The notes under the pieces: generated by a model
Seen by the model: only the letters and a program-made list of their open reading frames with translations
Database searches by the model: none
Told to the model about the DNA's origin: nothing
Part shown: positions 13,101 to 34,689 of the stretch, piece by piece
How the letters are laid out: the number at the start of each line of letters is the position of its first letter
Position numbering within the stretch: position 1 is the first letter of the stretch
Translations under genes and position numbers: made by a program
Assembly (NCBI GenBank): GCA_051294375.1
Contig: CM119267.1
Coordinates: 4,269,453 to 4,333,452, forward strand
DNA from: Paraspadella gotoi
Taxonomy: Eukaryota > Animalia > Chaetognatha
Length of the DNA stretch: 64,000 nt
Direction of reading: 5' to 3'

Positions 13101-16100
13101 CTCAGGGCGGTGCAGCTCTCTACAGCCGACGCTCTGCCCCCGCTGCCAGTTAAAATGTCTTGGGTTCGTAACGGACTGCTCGTGTTAGGTGAGAGAAGAA
13201 ATAAATAGGTGATAACTATTTTATTACTAAAACCCATTCGGTTATATCTTCAGGAATGGACAATGAGATGCAAGTTTACTCCCAATGGAAGTCGGCGCGA
13301 AATCTCATCCATCGCTCCGCCTCGTGCTACCCTTCTCTGAAAACTTTAATCGGCGGACTCGCCGTCAACGACGACGACAACGACGACGGGACACCGCATT
13401 TGGACGACGCCGCCGCCTTGTCGCGACTCACGCCGCAGCTGGCCAGCGGTGCCGTGTTGAAGCCCAGCGCCTCGTTGCTTAAACTCAGTCCTTCCATCAG
13501 GTAAAGTGTTTTGATTTTTTGTTTTCAAGTAACAAAATCAACAGTAATCAACTGTTTTTCTCCCTTTAGTTCCAGCATTCAGCGGACATCGTCCCATTCA
13601 CTTTTCGGCGACTTTTTCAAGAAACGGTCGGACAGTCGACCCCGAGACGTGGACTCCGTCGACAGCGGCGGCGACGGGGAAAGGGATTCCGGCAACGATC
13701 TCCGAGCTCCTTACATCCAAGAGTGTGGGCTTTTCGAAGCCGCTAAGATGGCCAGTCACGTCTTGCCCCAGGTTTTGTTTCCTTTCATAAGTGTACAAAG
13801 TGATCGAAATTTACTTTTTGACCGACAATTTTTACAGTATCACCCCAAACAACTACTCGAACTCATGAACTCGGGGAAAGTGAATCGGGTGAAGGCGATA
13901 CTCGCGCATCTTGTCCGCTGCATCTGCGTCGCGCCCAAACGACTTCCCAAGTCCAAGTCGAGATTGTTCGCAGGTTCGGTCGTCAATTTTCTCTCGAGAT
14001 GATTAATTAACGCTGATCTTCTATTTCCAACTTTTGTTTCTCTTTATATCGTTTCGATTATCAAAATTCTTCCTCGCGTGTCGAATAAAAACGCGAAAAT
14101 AATGTTCGTTCGTGTTTCTCCCTTCGGTTTATTGGTTAATCGCCGACAGATTTTATGCGCTCTCAGAATTTGCTTATAATGCCAGGAGGCACGAATTTGG
14201 AATATAAAACGTGTGGAGCGTTTTGACCTTGACTAAAATCGTCTTGCAAAATGTCGACCAATCATCCATTTTATCCCCCCTCTCAGCTGGTCAGCGGCGC
14301 TCCATGGCTGACCTTCAGGCGTCGTCGTCCTCGGAGACGCACACGCCTTCGAGCGGCGCCTGCGTAGAGATCGACGCCATTCCTCCTTTGCCGCTCTTCG
14401 CGCTGCTGGCGGCCGACGACGGCAAAACCGCCACCGTCGGCGTTCAGTCCAAAGTCGGCTCCGTCAGAAAATCTAGTGAGAATTGACTGAAATGAAACAA
14501 AAGTTTCCCTGCTACATAAACCTTTAACCTTTAATGTTTTTTAAATATTGAATTTAACCAGTGGTGGCGAATTCCGACAGCGGCTACGCTTCCTCTTCCT
14601 CTTCAAACCCGACGAATCAAGACTACAGCCTCCTCTTCAGCTCCGACTTTAAAGACGAGGTCGAGGAGGAGTTTAACGTCGGCGTCGACGACGACGACGA
14701 AGAGAAGGACGACGACGAGGGTGAGTCTTGACTCGGTGTTCTCTTTCCCTTCCTTACTTAATGCTCTTCTTTCTTTCCTTCCCCAGACGTGACCGCTTCC
14801 GACGTTCCAATGTGGGTCTTCGGACCGCGCCACGTGAACCTGTTGACGACGCGTTTGTCGCGGGTTCAACTCCCGGGCTTGACGTCGCTCGATCAAATGT
14901 ACCTCCTGGCGCTGGCCGATGTAGTGGCGAGCATCCGGCAGGAAGGGGAGGCGCCATCGGGCAAGGCGCCATCAGGCAAGGCCTCCTCAGACGCCGTCGA
15001 TGCCATCAAAGACTGCGGGCTTCGTTTCCTCGCTGCCATGCGGCACCACGCCTACTTGCTGCGGACATTGCCCATGAGTCAACGGGCGCCGCTCAAGCAG
15101 AAAGGCCTCTCCTCCGCCAACATCGCTTGGGCCTTCCACTCGGAAGCCGAGGAGGAGTTGCTGAGTCTGGTGCCGTGCATGCAGAAGGACACGCCCACTT
15201 GGTCCGAACTGAGAGAGTTCAAGATCGCCTGGTGGGTGAGGAACAACAACTCTCTTCGTCGCTGCCTCGAAAAAGTGGCCAAGGCCGCCTATCAGAAGCG
15301 CAAAGATCCGCTCGACGCCGCCATTTTTTATTTGGCCATGAAGAAGAAGAACGTCCTCTGGGGTCTTTTCCGCTCCGGACACGACGAAAAGATGACGGCC
15401 TTCTTCCGTAACAACTTTACCGAGGATCGTTGGCGAAAGGCGGCGCTCAAAAACGCCTTTACCCTGATGAGCAAACAGCGTTTCGAGCACGCCGCGGCGT
15501 TCTTCTTGCTCGCCGGAGCCCTGAAGGACGCCGTGGAGGTGTGCCTCCACAAGCTTCAGGACCTCGACTTAGCGATGGTTCTGGCGAGACTGTACGAGGA
15601 CGACCTGAGCGGCGGCGGCGGAAGCGGCGGCAGCGGCGGTGTCACGACGCAAGAGCGTCGTCTGCTCTATGAAGAGATCCTCGGTTGCGACGCCAACGGC
15701 GCCAATTACTCTGCGCGAAAGGCGTCTACTGACCCGTTCAAGCGCAGCATGGCTTATTGGTTGGTCAAGGATTATTCCTCAGCGCTCACTACTCTGCTGG
15801 AGATGGACGTTGGTAGGCCAAGGATCGCCAAAAACCATTCCACCGACGGATCTGACATGGACGCTTACTTTAGGTTTTCATTTGTGAAATATTTTCAAGC
15901 CTTTCCCCCGTCTTATTATTATTATTTTTTGTGTTTCAGAAATCCTTCCGTTTTCTATTTCTACAACTATTTGAGAACGCATCCTTTGATTCTGAAGCAA
16001 CAGCAAGTCTTGACGGCGGCCGCCGCCTCTGCTACGGCAGAATCTCTTAAACAGAGTTCGGCCTCGGCACCTTCGTCGCGTCAGGGTGAAGTAAAAAGAC

Positions 16101-19100
16101 TGAGCTATTATATTATATTATTACTAGACCTTATTGCGTTGCCTTTTTGTTTAGCGATGTTTTACGAAGATGAAAAATTCATTGGTGGCGCCAACCTTTT
16201 GTTTCTCTTCACATCTTCGATGATCTTTTGTTTTCCCCTTGACAGTTCAGCGACGTTTCCGCCATCGAACGCCGCCTTTACTTCCTCACGGCTCACGTTC
16301 ACTTCACCAACGGATGTCCATCTTTGGCCTTGGAGGTGAACCGCCGGTTGAATAAGGACCTTTTTTTTTAGATTTTAAACTAAAATCGACCCTTTTTCCC
16401 CCAACTTTCAGGTTTTGTCCAAACTCCCGAACTTCGTAGAATTCGACTCGCGATCCTCCTCGGCTGTCGACTCGGACGTCGGCAGCCCTCGAGCGCCCCG
16501 TCGAAGTCCGCCGTCGACGGCCAACGACGTCGATTGGTCGGCGCCATCGAAAGGCGACGGCGCCGGAAATGGTTTTGACGATTTCGATTGGTCGGCGCCG
16601 GTGACGAGGGACGAACCCAAGCTCGATCTCAATTGGAGCGAGGACGAAGAGGAGGAGGAGGAGGAAGAGGGAGGAGGAAAAGAAAAGGAAAGCTTGGATC
16701 GAAAAGATTCCTCCGCAGTCAACAATCATTCCTCGCCCAACAATCGGGACGAAAACAAGTTAGTCTAGAAACTAGAAATAAATATTACAATTACTAATTA
16801 CAGTCTTGTATTTTTTTCACTCTTCACATCGTAATTAAATCTTTCAGAAAATCCGGGCAATTGGACATCATGGCGCAACAACTCAAATTCATCGCTTGTC
16901 TTAAAATTCTCATGGAAGAGTTATCGACGCTGGCGACCGGATTTGAGGCCGACGGCGGGCAGCTCAGGTCAGTTTTTCAATTTGCAATTAATTCCCTTTC
17001 TCAATAGATTATGATTCATCGATTTTTCTCGCAGATATTACTTGTACATTTGGTTGGACAAAGAGGTGGAGGCGCTGAAAAATTTGTGCGGATATCATTC
17101 ATCCGAAGATGATGAAGCATCGAGACGAGAGTCGCAGTCAGACGACCAACTCGAAATGAGGTGCGCGCGCGCGTTTGTTCCTCTGTCTAATAGCGTCATT
17201 TGTTTATAAATCTTAAAACCTTTTCATATTTTTCTCATTTCCCAGCTCTTCTCCTCCCGACGCCTCTCGATTGCACGACCTCTTGTTCGCCGACAAGTTG
17301 GATCTGGAGGCCAAGATCCGTCGGTTGTCCCGCCGAAAACGCTGGTTGACCTCCCACGCGCCTTTCCTTCGCACCCTGCTCTCGTATTGCGCCCTGCACG
17401 GCGCAGACGGCGGGGGCCTCGCCTCAGTCCGGATGGAGCTGATCCTGCTGCTTCAGGAGCTTCAGCAGGAGAAGCCCGCATCGAAGCTGCTCAGCTCGCC
17501 GCTTCCGTTTCCGACGACGCTGCCCCTGCTGAGTGCGTCGGTGGCGCCGTCGAAGACCGTCCACGGCAACGGTGAGTGTTGGTTGGTTCGTTGTTCGTTT
17601 TTTTGAGTGATGCGACAATTTAAAAGAAGATAACACATTGAAAGAGGCAATGAAAAATATTTTTGTTCACGTTTAGACTAATAGTGTTAGAGGAGGATTC
17701 CTCTTCACAATTCCGTCTCCATCAATAGTCTTTTTCTTTCTTCTCAGATCCACTCCGCTATCTCGAGAATTTGACAAAGGACATACTCCACTCTGTCAAT
17801 GAGATATCTCTCCCGCCGGGACCCTCGAGATATTCGGGTGAGGGCACGGTTTTTTTAGCCAGTTTTGCAAAAATGTCTTTTCTAAAATAATATTTTTAAG
17901 TATTTAAACTCCATTCGCCCATATTAAGATTCTTCGGCGGAATCGGACGACGCCCACTTCCGTCGACTCGTCGTCCTCCGTAATCTCGGCTGCGCCCTTT
18001 CCGCCTGCATCTATCAAAGTCTTTGTGACGCCGACTCGTTTTCCTCTCACGTCGTCGACGACTCGAGTTCGTTTCCGTTTTTTATTTTCGTTCTCGTTGC
18101 TTTTATTTTTCGTTGGGTCTCGAGGGCTCGCGAAACCAATTCTAAAAGTCAATTCTCGGTTGGTCGGTCGGTCCGTTCGTCAGTTTTTTCAAGTTTTTCA
18201 AATATTTGAATACTTGGTAGTAAAGTTATTTACCATGAGATGCATTATGTGCGTTTGTCTAATACTTGTGCAGTTACGGGATCATTTTGAAATACGTGCA
18301 TTGAAAATAATTGAACTTGCCAGCTTATTTTATTATCTACGAAACTCCCCTTCTCTTCCCCCCCCCTCAGACGTGGGCATGGAAGGCTTCACATCGACTG
18401 CGCTCGTTTTCAAGGACAGTTACTTGATGGCACGGTCGAGAACGACGAGCTCTTCCGAAACCGAGACGCGCGCCGCCGGAAAGCAGCGACGACAGCCGCA
18501 ACAGCCTCCGCAGCAGACGGAGAAGCCGCAGCATCAAGCGCTGGTGACTTCGTCTCCCTCAAAATGGCCGGGCGTCCACTCCTTGCGAATGCTACTGACG
18601 CAGGTGAGTAAAAGAGATTGAGCAAAAAAATAAAAAACAAACAACAATAAAAAATTACAACACTTTAACACGGTAATATTAATACTCCAATATCTTTTTT
18701 TTCCAAGGACGACTCGCCATCGCGGCCTCTGCACGTGCTGCTGTGCGAAGCGGCCGTCGCCGTTTATCTCAGTCTCTTGGTCCACTCGCTGTCAACTTAC
18801 GATCCGGGCATCCTCTTCCGCCTCGTTTCCCAGCCTCTGACCACTGGTGAGAAACTTGTCCGCGTCTGTTTGATTAGAGAAGAGCAACAGGATTAGCTTA
18901 TGTATCGTTGTTAATTTTTCCACTAGGCAACATCTTCAGCGTTCTCTTTGGCGGCGGAAATCGACGCCAACTCTCCGTCCCACCCGTTCCCTCCCGACCG
19001 CCTCCTCGTCCCGACTCTAAGACTCCCCCCCCAAGACCGCCAGCCACTCGCCCCTCTCCGCCCATTCCAGCTCCTTCGCGCCCCCCACCTCCTCCTTCGT

Positions 19101-22100
19101 CGTCGTCGCCCCTGCCCCAACGGCCCGCCCGTGGCCCAACGGTGATTCGCGATCACAACCAGGCCAGGGCAGACTTCGTCCAACGCGTCGTCGGACCGAA
19201 GACGTCCTCGTCGAACCCGTCGCCGATCTCGAGACAGAACAGCGCCGTCGAAGACGGAGAAGCGAGACCGGTGGGGGGAAAGACGGGGGGGTGCAATGTG
19301 AACAAAAAAAAACTATCGTGATAAGTTAATTTACATTTTACTTTAATTTCGTTAGGCGGACGTCAAACCCGCTTTTCAAGAGACGTTCGTTCCGCCGGAA
19401 ATGTCGCTAATCAACTATTTTCTGTCTAAACCGACGACGGGAATAGGAAAGTTGGTCGAGTACGACTCCGACGACGACCAGGACGACGAATACGACGACG
19501 ACGACGAACTCAACGAAGTCGGGGCCAAGGAGCATCTGGATCCTCAATCGTACAGTTGGTGCCTTCTCAGGTGCGCCACCGAGTGGGAGAAAAAGTATTA
19601 TTTACTTATTATTCTTGTCTTTTTTTCCCCCTCAGATACGTGATAGTGCGATACGTACTTCGCCACCTTCGCCTTTTCCTGCCCTCGGCGGGTTTGGAAT
19701 TGTCCGAGTTGGCGGTGTCGTCGCCTCTTCTTCACGGGGCTACGTCGACTCTCGAAGGATGGGCGTCGGTGCTGCTCGGGCGTCTCGAGGCCTTCCCGAC
19801 TCCGCCGCCCGAATACATTCCCCAGTGCTACGTGGAAACAAGCGTCCAGGTTCGGACCGGTTTGGTGGAATAACTTTTTCTATTTTTTAATTGATTATCC
19901 GCTCATCTGACCGAGATTTTGCAGGGCCCTTCAATCCTCAAGTACAAAGCTATGTTGGAACCCAACAACACCCCGTTTCCCTCGACGGACAAGGGAGCGG
20001 GTCCCTGCCGCAGGCTCTGGCACTTCCTCATCACTCAAACGGAGAACCAAGACATTTTCATCAGGTTTTTTTTTTTGAGTGTGGGCTTCATATCCGCCAG
20101 CGAGTTCTTTTCTGTTCAGGTGGTTCGGGCATTAATTGTTTTCAAATTACAAAAATTCTCAGGTATATTTTCAAGAAAAAACCTGGCAGCGTCCTCCAAA
20201 TGCCAGACAGGTTAGACGGACACCTCATCAGGGAAGATCTGGGCGACCTTTTGACAGCCATCCCTATTAACGGTTTCGCCGAGGGCGACTCCGCCAAGGA
20301 TGAGCGATCCCGATCCTGTTCCGAGGCGAAAACGCTACACAAAGAGCAGGTGGGATGTTAGAAAATAGCATTAGGAAACCTATGCGACTTTATGAGCGTG
20401 ACCTCACCGGAACGCATTATGTCTAAAATAATCTCTAAAATACTACTATAAAACTTTTACAAAAACCGAATCAAAAGATATATGAGAAATATTTTAATCT
20501 GCTACAATATGTAAATTAATCACAGCATTTTCGAAAAATGAACGACAACATTTTTTTCCTTCAATCGCAGGACCTGATCCCGGCGTTCTGCTTGAATCGC
20601 GGCAAGACAGCGACTCTGGCTCTGGCGACGGAGGAATACATCCAGGAATTGGACGTGACGCGAATCCTTCGCCCCGAGGCGGAACTCGTCGTCGTGGACA
20701 TCGAGGGCAACGTGGTCGACCTCGACGACGACGCCGGCGCCGACGCCGCCGATCATTTTCTCGGTCACTTTTCCCTCTCGGCTTTGCAAGGTCAGAGAGG
20801 CGAAAGAAAAATGGATTTTAAAACCGAAAGATTAACATTTATTGCGAGAAAATTCGAAAGGAATGACAAAATCCTTTAAAAAAATAGACAAAACAGAGAA
20901 AAAACAGGAAGTGTTCAGTTATACAGAGAGATTCTATATGAGTTTGGGTGTTTCGTTGTTAATAAAACTAATGGTTTATTTCCTGGTTCCGTTCCCTTCG
21001 TAAGGAGCCACGGGGATTCACCTGACGTCGTCTTCCCAATCCTCCAACGTGATCCTGAAGCGAGGCGTCGACGGAGTGCGTCGAATGACGTCGCACCCCC
21101 ACCTTCCTTACTACCTCTCTGGCGGCGCCGACGGGGCCGTTCACGTGTGGGAGTGGGGCCACCACCGGGCCATTGCCACGCCCAGGCCGGCTGGCGCCTT
21201 TCCCAAGGTCACGCGGCTTCGATTCAACGCTCAAGGTCTGTCGGTCAAAACCGCCCTTGTCTTTTTTTTTTTGTTGTTTTTTTTGAGAGTAAACTAAAAT
21301 TCACCAAATCTTTCTTTTCGGTTCCTGTCAATCTAAATATACAATATATATATTTATGCACAGAGGATGGTAAGCGTAGTTTAGAATTTTTCCTTTTTAT
21401 CCCGGGGTATTGTAGCTTAAAATATTTCTCATTTACTTTATTATTAACTACTTTCTTCGTAGGTTGTAGATTTTACTCGGGCTCAGTTAGATGGTTTTCG
21501 CTTATTTCATTTGTTTTGAGTCAAGTTAGCAAAATGTTACTATTTACATTTAATATTGCGTTTTGCTTCGTATATTCAGAACGTCCGCAGTAGACGGGTA
21601 CATTAAGTGGGTCAAATTTTTTTTTTTTTTTATATCAAAAACATGAAGATTTCCTCAAGAAAAAAAATTGGCCTTCAGGTAACAAGTTTGGTGTTTGCGA
21701 CGGAGAAGGCGGACTCTGCCTATTCCACATCGGCGTCGGAGCCAACGGGATGAAACCCTTCTACAGCGTCTCCTGTCACTCGAAAGCCGCCAGTGAGTCC
21801 CTCGGTCCGTCGGTTTTTAAGAAATATATCATCGGTCGATCATTGTCATTGTCCCGTTGAAGGCGACTTCGCGTTCGTCGGGGCATCTTCGCTCTTGGCT
21901 TCTTCCGGCCATTCCTCCGACGGCCACAATGTAGCCGTCTGGGATTCGCTAATGCCCCAACGATCGGCCAGGATCCAGGCATTTTCGGTCCACGAGGGCG
22001 GCAGCCCGTGCCTCCTTTACTCACCCAAGCACCAAGTTCTAGTCTCCGGTAAGGCGGTCGTCGATGATCGTTAACAAGTTGCTTCGCCTACGAGGTAGCG

Positions 22101-22576
22101 ATGGAGATTTTATTTTTTCCCTCGCGACGCAGGCGGTCAAAAAGGCGACGTTTCCATTATCGATCTCCGCGCGAACCAACTCCGCCACACGTTCCACGCC
22201 CACGATACGGCCGTCAAATGCCTGGCGCTGGATCCCACGCAAGAGTCATTCGCCACCGGGGCAGCCGACGGTGACATCAAAATCTGGGGCCTCGGCGTCC
22301 ACGGATCCCTCCATTCTTTCCCCGCGCAACACGTGCAAACCTCGTCCTTCTTCCGTCAGGGGGGAGCCGGAGTGTCGCAACTTCTCATCGCGCCCTCGGG
22401 ATCTTCCCTTCACAGGTTCTCGCTTCAAGGGTTGTGGATCACAGTGGCACCTTGATGGCCTAATTATCGTCCGAGACGAGTCTTCCTGGATCTCTCATCT
22501 TTGTCTTTTTTCTCGCAGTGATCTCATTTCGAGCGGCGCCGATGGGAGCGTGAGAGTCCGACACCTGTACTACTGA
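4137..22576 (+). CDS. DMXL: DmX-like protein (rabconnectin-3 alpha, DMXL1/2; V-ATPase assembly regulator), multi-exon WD40/Rav1p_C protein
   Basis: N-terminus MNRHQ|VLTGAVNSGD...GCDVVIL, FHFHLAATINPETDIP, LPQYHPKQLLELMNSGK, Rav1p_C region (FTEDRWRKAALKNAF; AAAFFLLAG), DIMAQQLKFIACLKILMEELSTLATGFE and C-terminal WD40s ending SSGADGSVRVRHLYY*. Splice phases were consistent wherever I checked them. Confidence 0.95.
7004..7529. repeat. Intronic minisatellite with ~26-31 bp units (core ATCAAATCCACTTTCCAATC)
   Basis: About 16 degenerate tandem copies that alternate between -TTTTTACCC and -TTATTA tails. The last copy overlaps the DMXL acceptor at 7519-7520. Confidence 0.92.
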
Positions 22577-25301
22577 GCAAAAAGGGAGATATCCGAAATG
22601 TGAAAAGACGAATTCATTTCCTTGAATGTGGAGAGACACTTGCGGATTCTGATGCCCATGAAATGAATGTGTGACAAAATCATGTTCGCTTTCTTGTGTC
22701 CCCGGCTTCGAAATTGCGAAAACCTTTGACCAATTTCCGAAAAAGTTTTTTATTAATTTGATTAGAGGGGTTTTTTGGGGCAAATGTAATAATACGCTCT
22801 TTGGATACTTTTTTTACAGCTACGTACGTAGGTAGAATTTTTGTTAAAAGCCAGTTGTATTTGTTGGTATTCTTTGATTTACATATCAATGATGTATTGT
22901 AGAAATTAATTGAAACTTTCCTCTGCCGGGGCCTTGATTTTTTTCATTACTACGTAATACTAAGTAGTTAATTACTAATTGGCTTTTATTTTCTCAAGCA
23001 TTATCTTTCTTAATTTGAATATTCATAAAATAGACATAGAATAAACAAGATCAGTTTGGTTTAGCTATCCTTTTTTTATTATTCTTGCTGTCATGTGATA
23101 TACTTGCCGTTTTTTTAATACAACTATTAATCACTTAATAGAGATTGTGACAAAGGGAAGCTTAAATGAATAAAAAAGTGAGGTTACTTTATTAATTGTA
23201 GTCAAACAGGGTTTAATTGGGTTAATTTGAAAGATTTAAACTTAAATTGATAATATTTCGTTGGTATCTTATATTTTTGAAAAAAAACACAAAACTATTT
23301 CAGAGAATTTGGAAAATCACTTTTTTTTTTGCATTCAATATTCCAATTTGTTACAATCTGTTAATAACTAGTCTTGTTTTGGGATCAGTAGGAAGGTTTT
23401 AACTAAGATATAATCCAAATACATGCCTTCCAATTAAGATGAGAATTATATTTTTGATAGCTGGTATGTTGGAGGATATCTTTGTTGTTAAATAGAAAAT
23501 ACATTTTTAAGCTAGTATTTTTCTATTCTTTAGCGTAGTGGATGGGCTTACCGTTCAGCTTATTTATGATTTTTTTTCTCAGTACTGTGTTATTGCTGTT
23601 AGTTACGTTTAAATCACTGTAAATTTAATAATATTTTCCGGTTCTCCCGTCACTACATCATGCTAAATTGTGTAACCACACTGAGAATTAATGTAATACT
23701 TATTTCTCAATATAATCAATATTAAAGTTTATCTTCGTTCTCGACACCCTGTTCGTTAAAGATAGAAAAATTGTCAAGTATTGAACGTTTTATGTTCTCT
23801 TGCTGTGGATGTTTTCCTTAAATCAATTATAGTAAAAATTATTATCTTGTTGGTTTATTTGTACTTCCAAAAATGTTAATGCCTAAAATATATTCAAAAT
23901 TTATGATGTCCAATAAATATCATTAATGAAAGTTAAATCTTCAATTCAAAACAAAACTTTTCAGTTATTTTTAAGCCATTTTAAATTACTTTTAAATACA
24001 TATATATAATATTCGTTTATATAATCAGTCTGTGATCCCTTGAATTTTTGGAGTTTACATTTGCATTGAGATTTGATAAAATTTATAACTTTATTTGGTA
24101 ATAATTTGTGAATCTGTGCGTTTTTTGTGCTGACTTTAACAATGACTTATTAGCCTTTATGTTGACCAATAATCGACGTCTAATCTTTGTGAAAGCAAGT
24201 TACTCCTATTAAATGGGAATAAGTCTTGGAGACTAATTTCAATCAAATATAAAATAAATCTTATATTTCATTCCCCAAATATTTCATTATTTATTTATGA
24301 TAGCTAAATCATTTTGTATTTTGTCACAAAAGGTTTCCAGTGGTGTCCTTTCACAGGATTTTCTTCCGTTATGAAATTAAGTAAAATTAAAAGTTAATCA
24401 CGAATGCATTTTTCTGTTTAGATATTTCTTTCTATCTTCTACTATATTTGCTAAATTCGCTCTTTCCATTCGATGTCTTGGTTATATTTCTAGTCGTTAT
24501 TAAAATATTTAAAAAACTTTAATCTCTGGTTTCAAATTCTTTTCACTCACGATCATAATAGTTGCTATCTCTAAATTATTATCTGATTATATCATTCTAA
24601 TTTATTGTTACAATTAAGTTTCAACAGATTTTCGGCTTCACCCGCTGATGATTTTCCCTACATAGTGCAACAACAGTAGGGGGTAAAGAAGGTAAAGAAA
24701 GTTTGGATGGATCGAAAGTGGAGAAACTCGGCTCGGCTCGGTCATTGACTCGTCATCCAATTCGCACAGTCGACTTTCCAGCGATGGGAGATCCCGAGAG
24801 AAGGGAGGAGGACAGACTCTGTGATCTTTCCGACTTTGCAACGACGACAGGACGAATCCTCATCTTTTACCGTCCACGGTTCAATCGCCTTAACGTAGAA
24901 ACAAATTTAAACTAACGCGCCGCGCGCGAATGGATCCCGCCTTCGTCTCTCGCCTCCGCCGTCGTCGTCGTCGTCGTCGTCTTTCACTTTTCGCCTTCAT
25001 CGTCATGTGATATCGTCATCCCTCTGCTTTTTTCTTCTTCCCATTCGCGAGTCATTCTCATTTCGTTGCGAGTTTCCTTCCTCTTCCCCGATGCCGAGGA
25101 ACTATCGAAGAAGTAAACTTCATATCTTCGCAATCTCTTCTCCTTTCTCCATTTCCTCTCTTTTTCTCTCATCTCCGTATTCGCATCGCGGCGAGATTCT
25201 GATCAACGCCTCCATGACGCGTTGACGCCTTCGCGTTGACGCCGTCGCCCGGGTTCCGCTTCAAGCGGCACTCGAGGCGAGACAGCGGCGCGGAATCAGA
25301 C

Positions 25302-34689
<9,388 letters not shown>

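Noticed and set aside
14150-14210. Additional DMXL cassette exon
   Set aside because: The candidate donor is out of phase with the next exon, and read-through hits a stop.
17904-18152. Nested antisense gene in a DMXL intron (82-aa minus ORF)
   Set aside because: The + strand encodes a genuine DMXL exon (LGCALSACIYQSLCD), so the minus ORF is a shadow.
22600-24630. Possible hidden gene or ncRNA in the AT-rich spacer
   Set aside because: I found no convincing exon chain, fold, snRNA or SL RNA signature by eye. A covariance-model search would be needed to exclude one.
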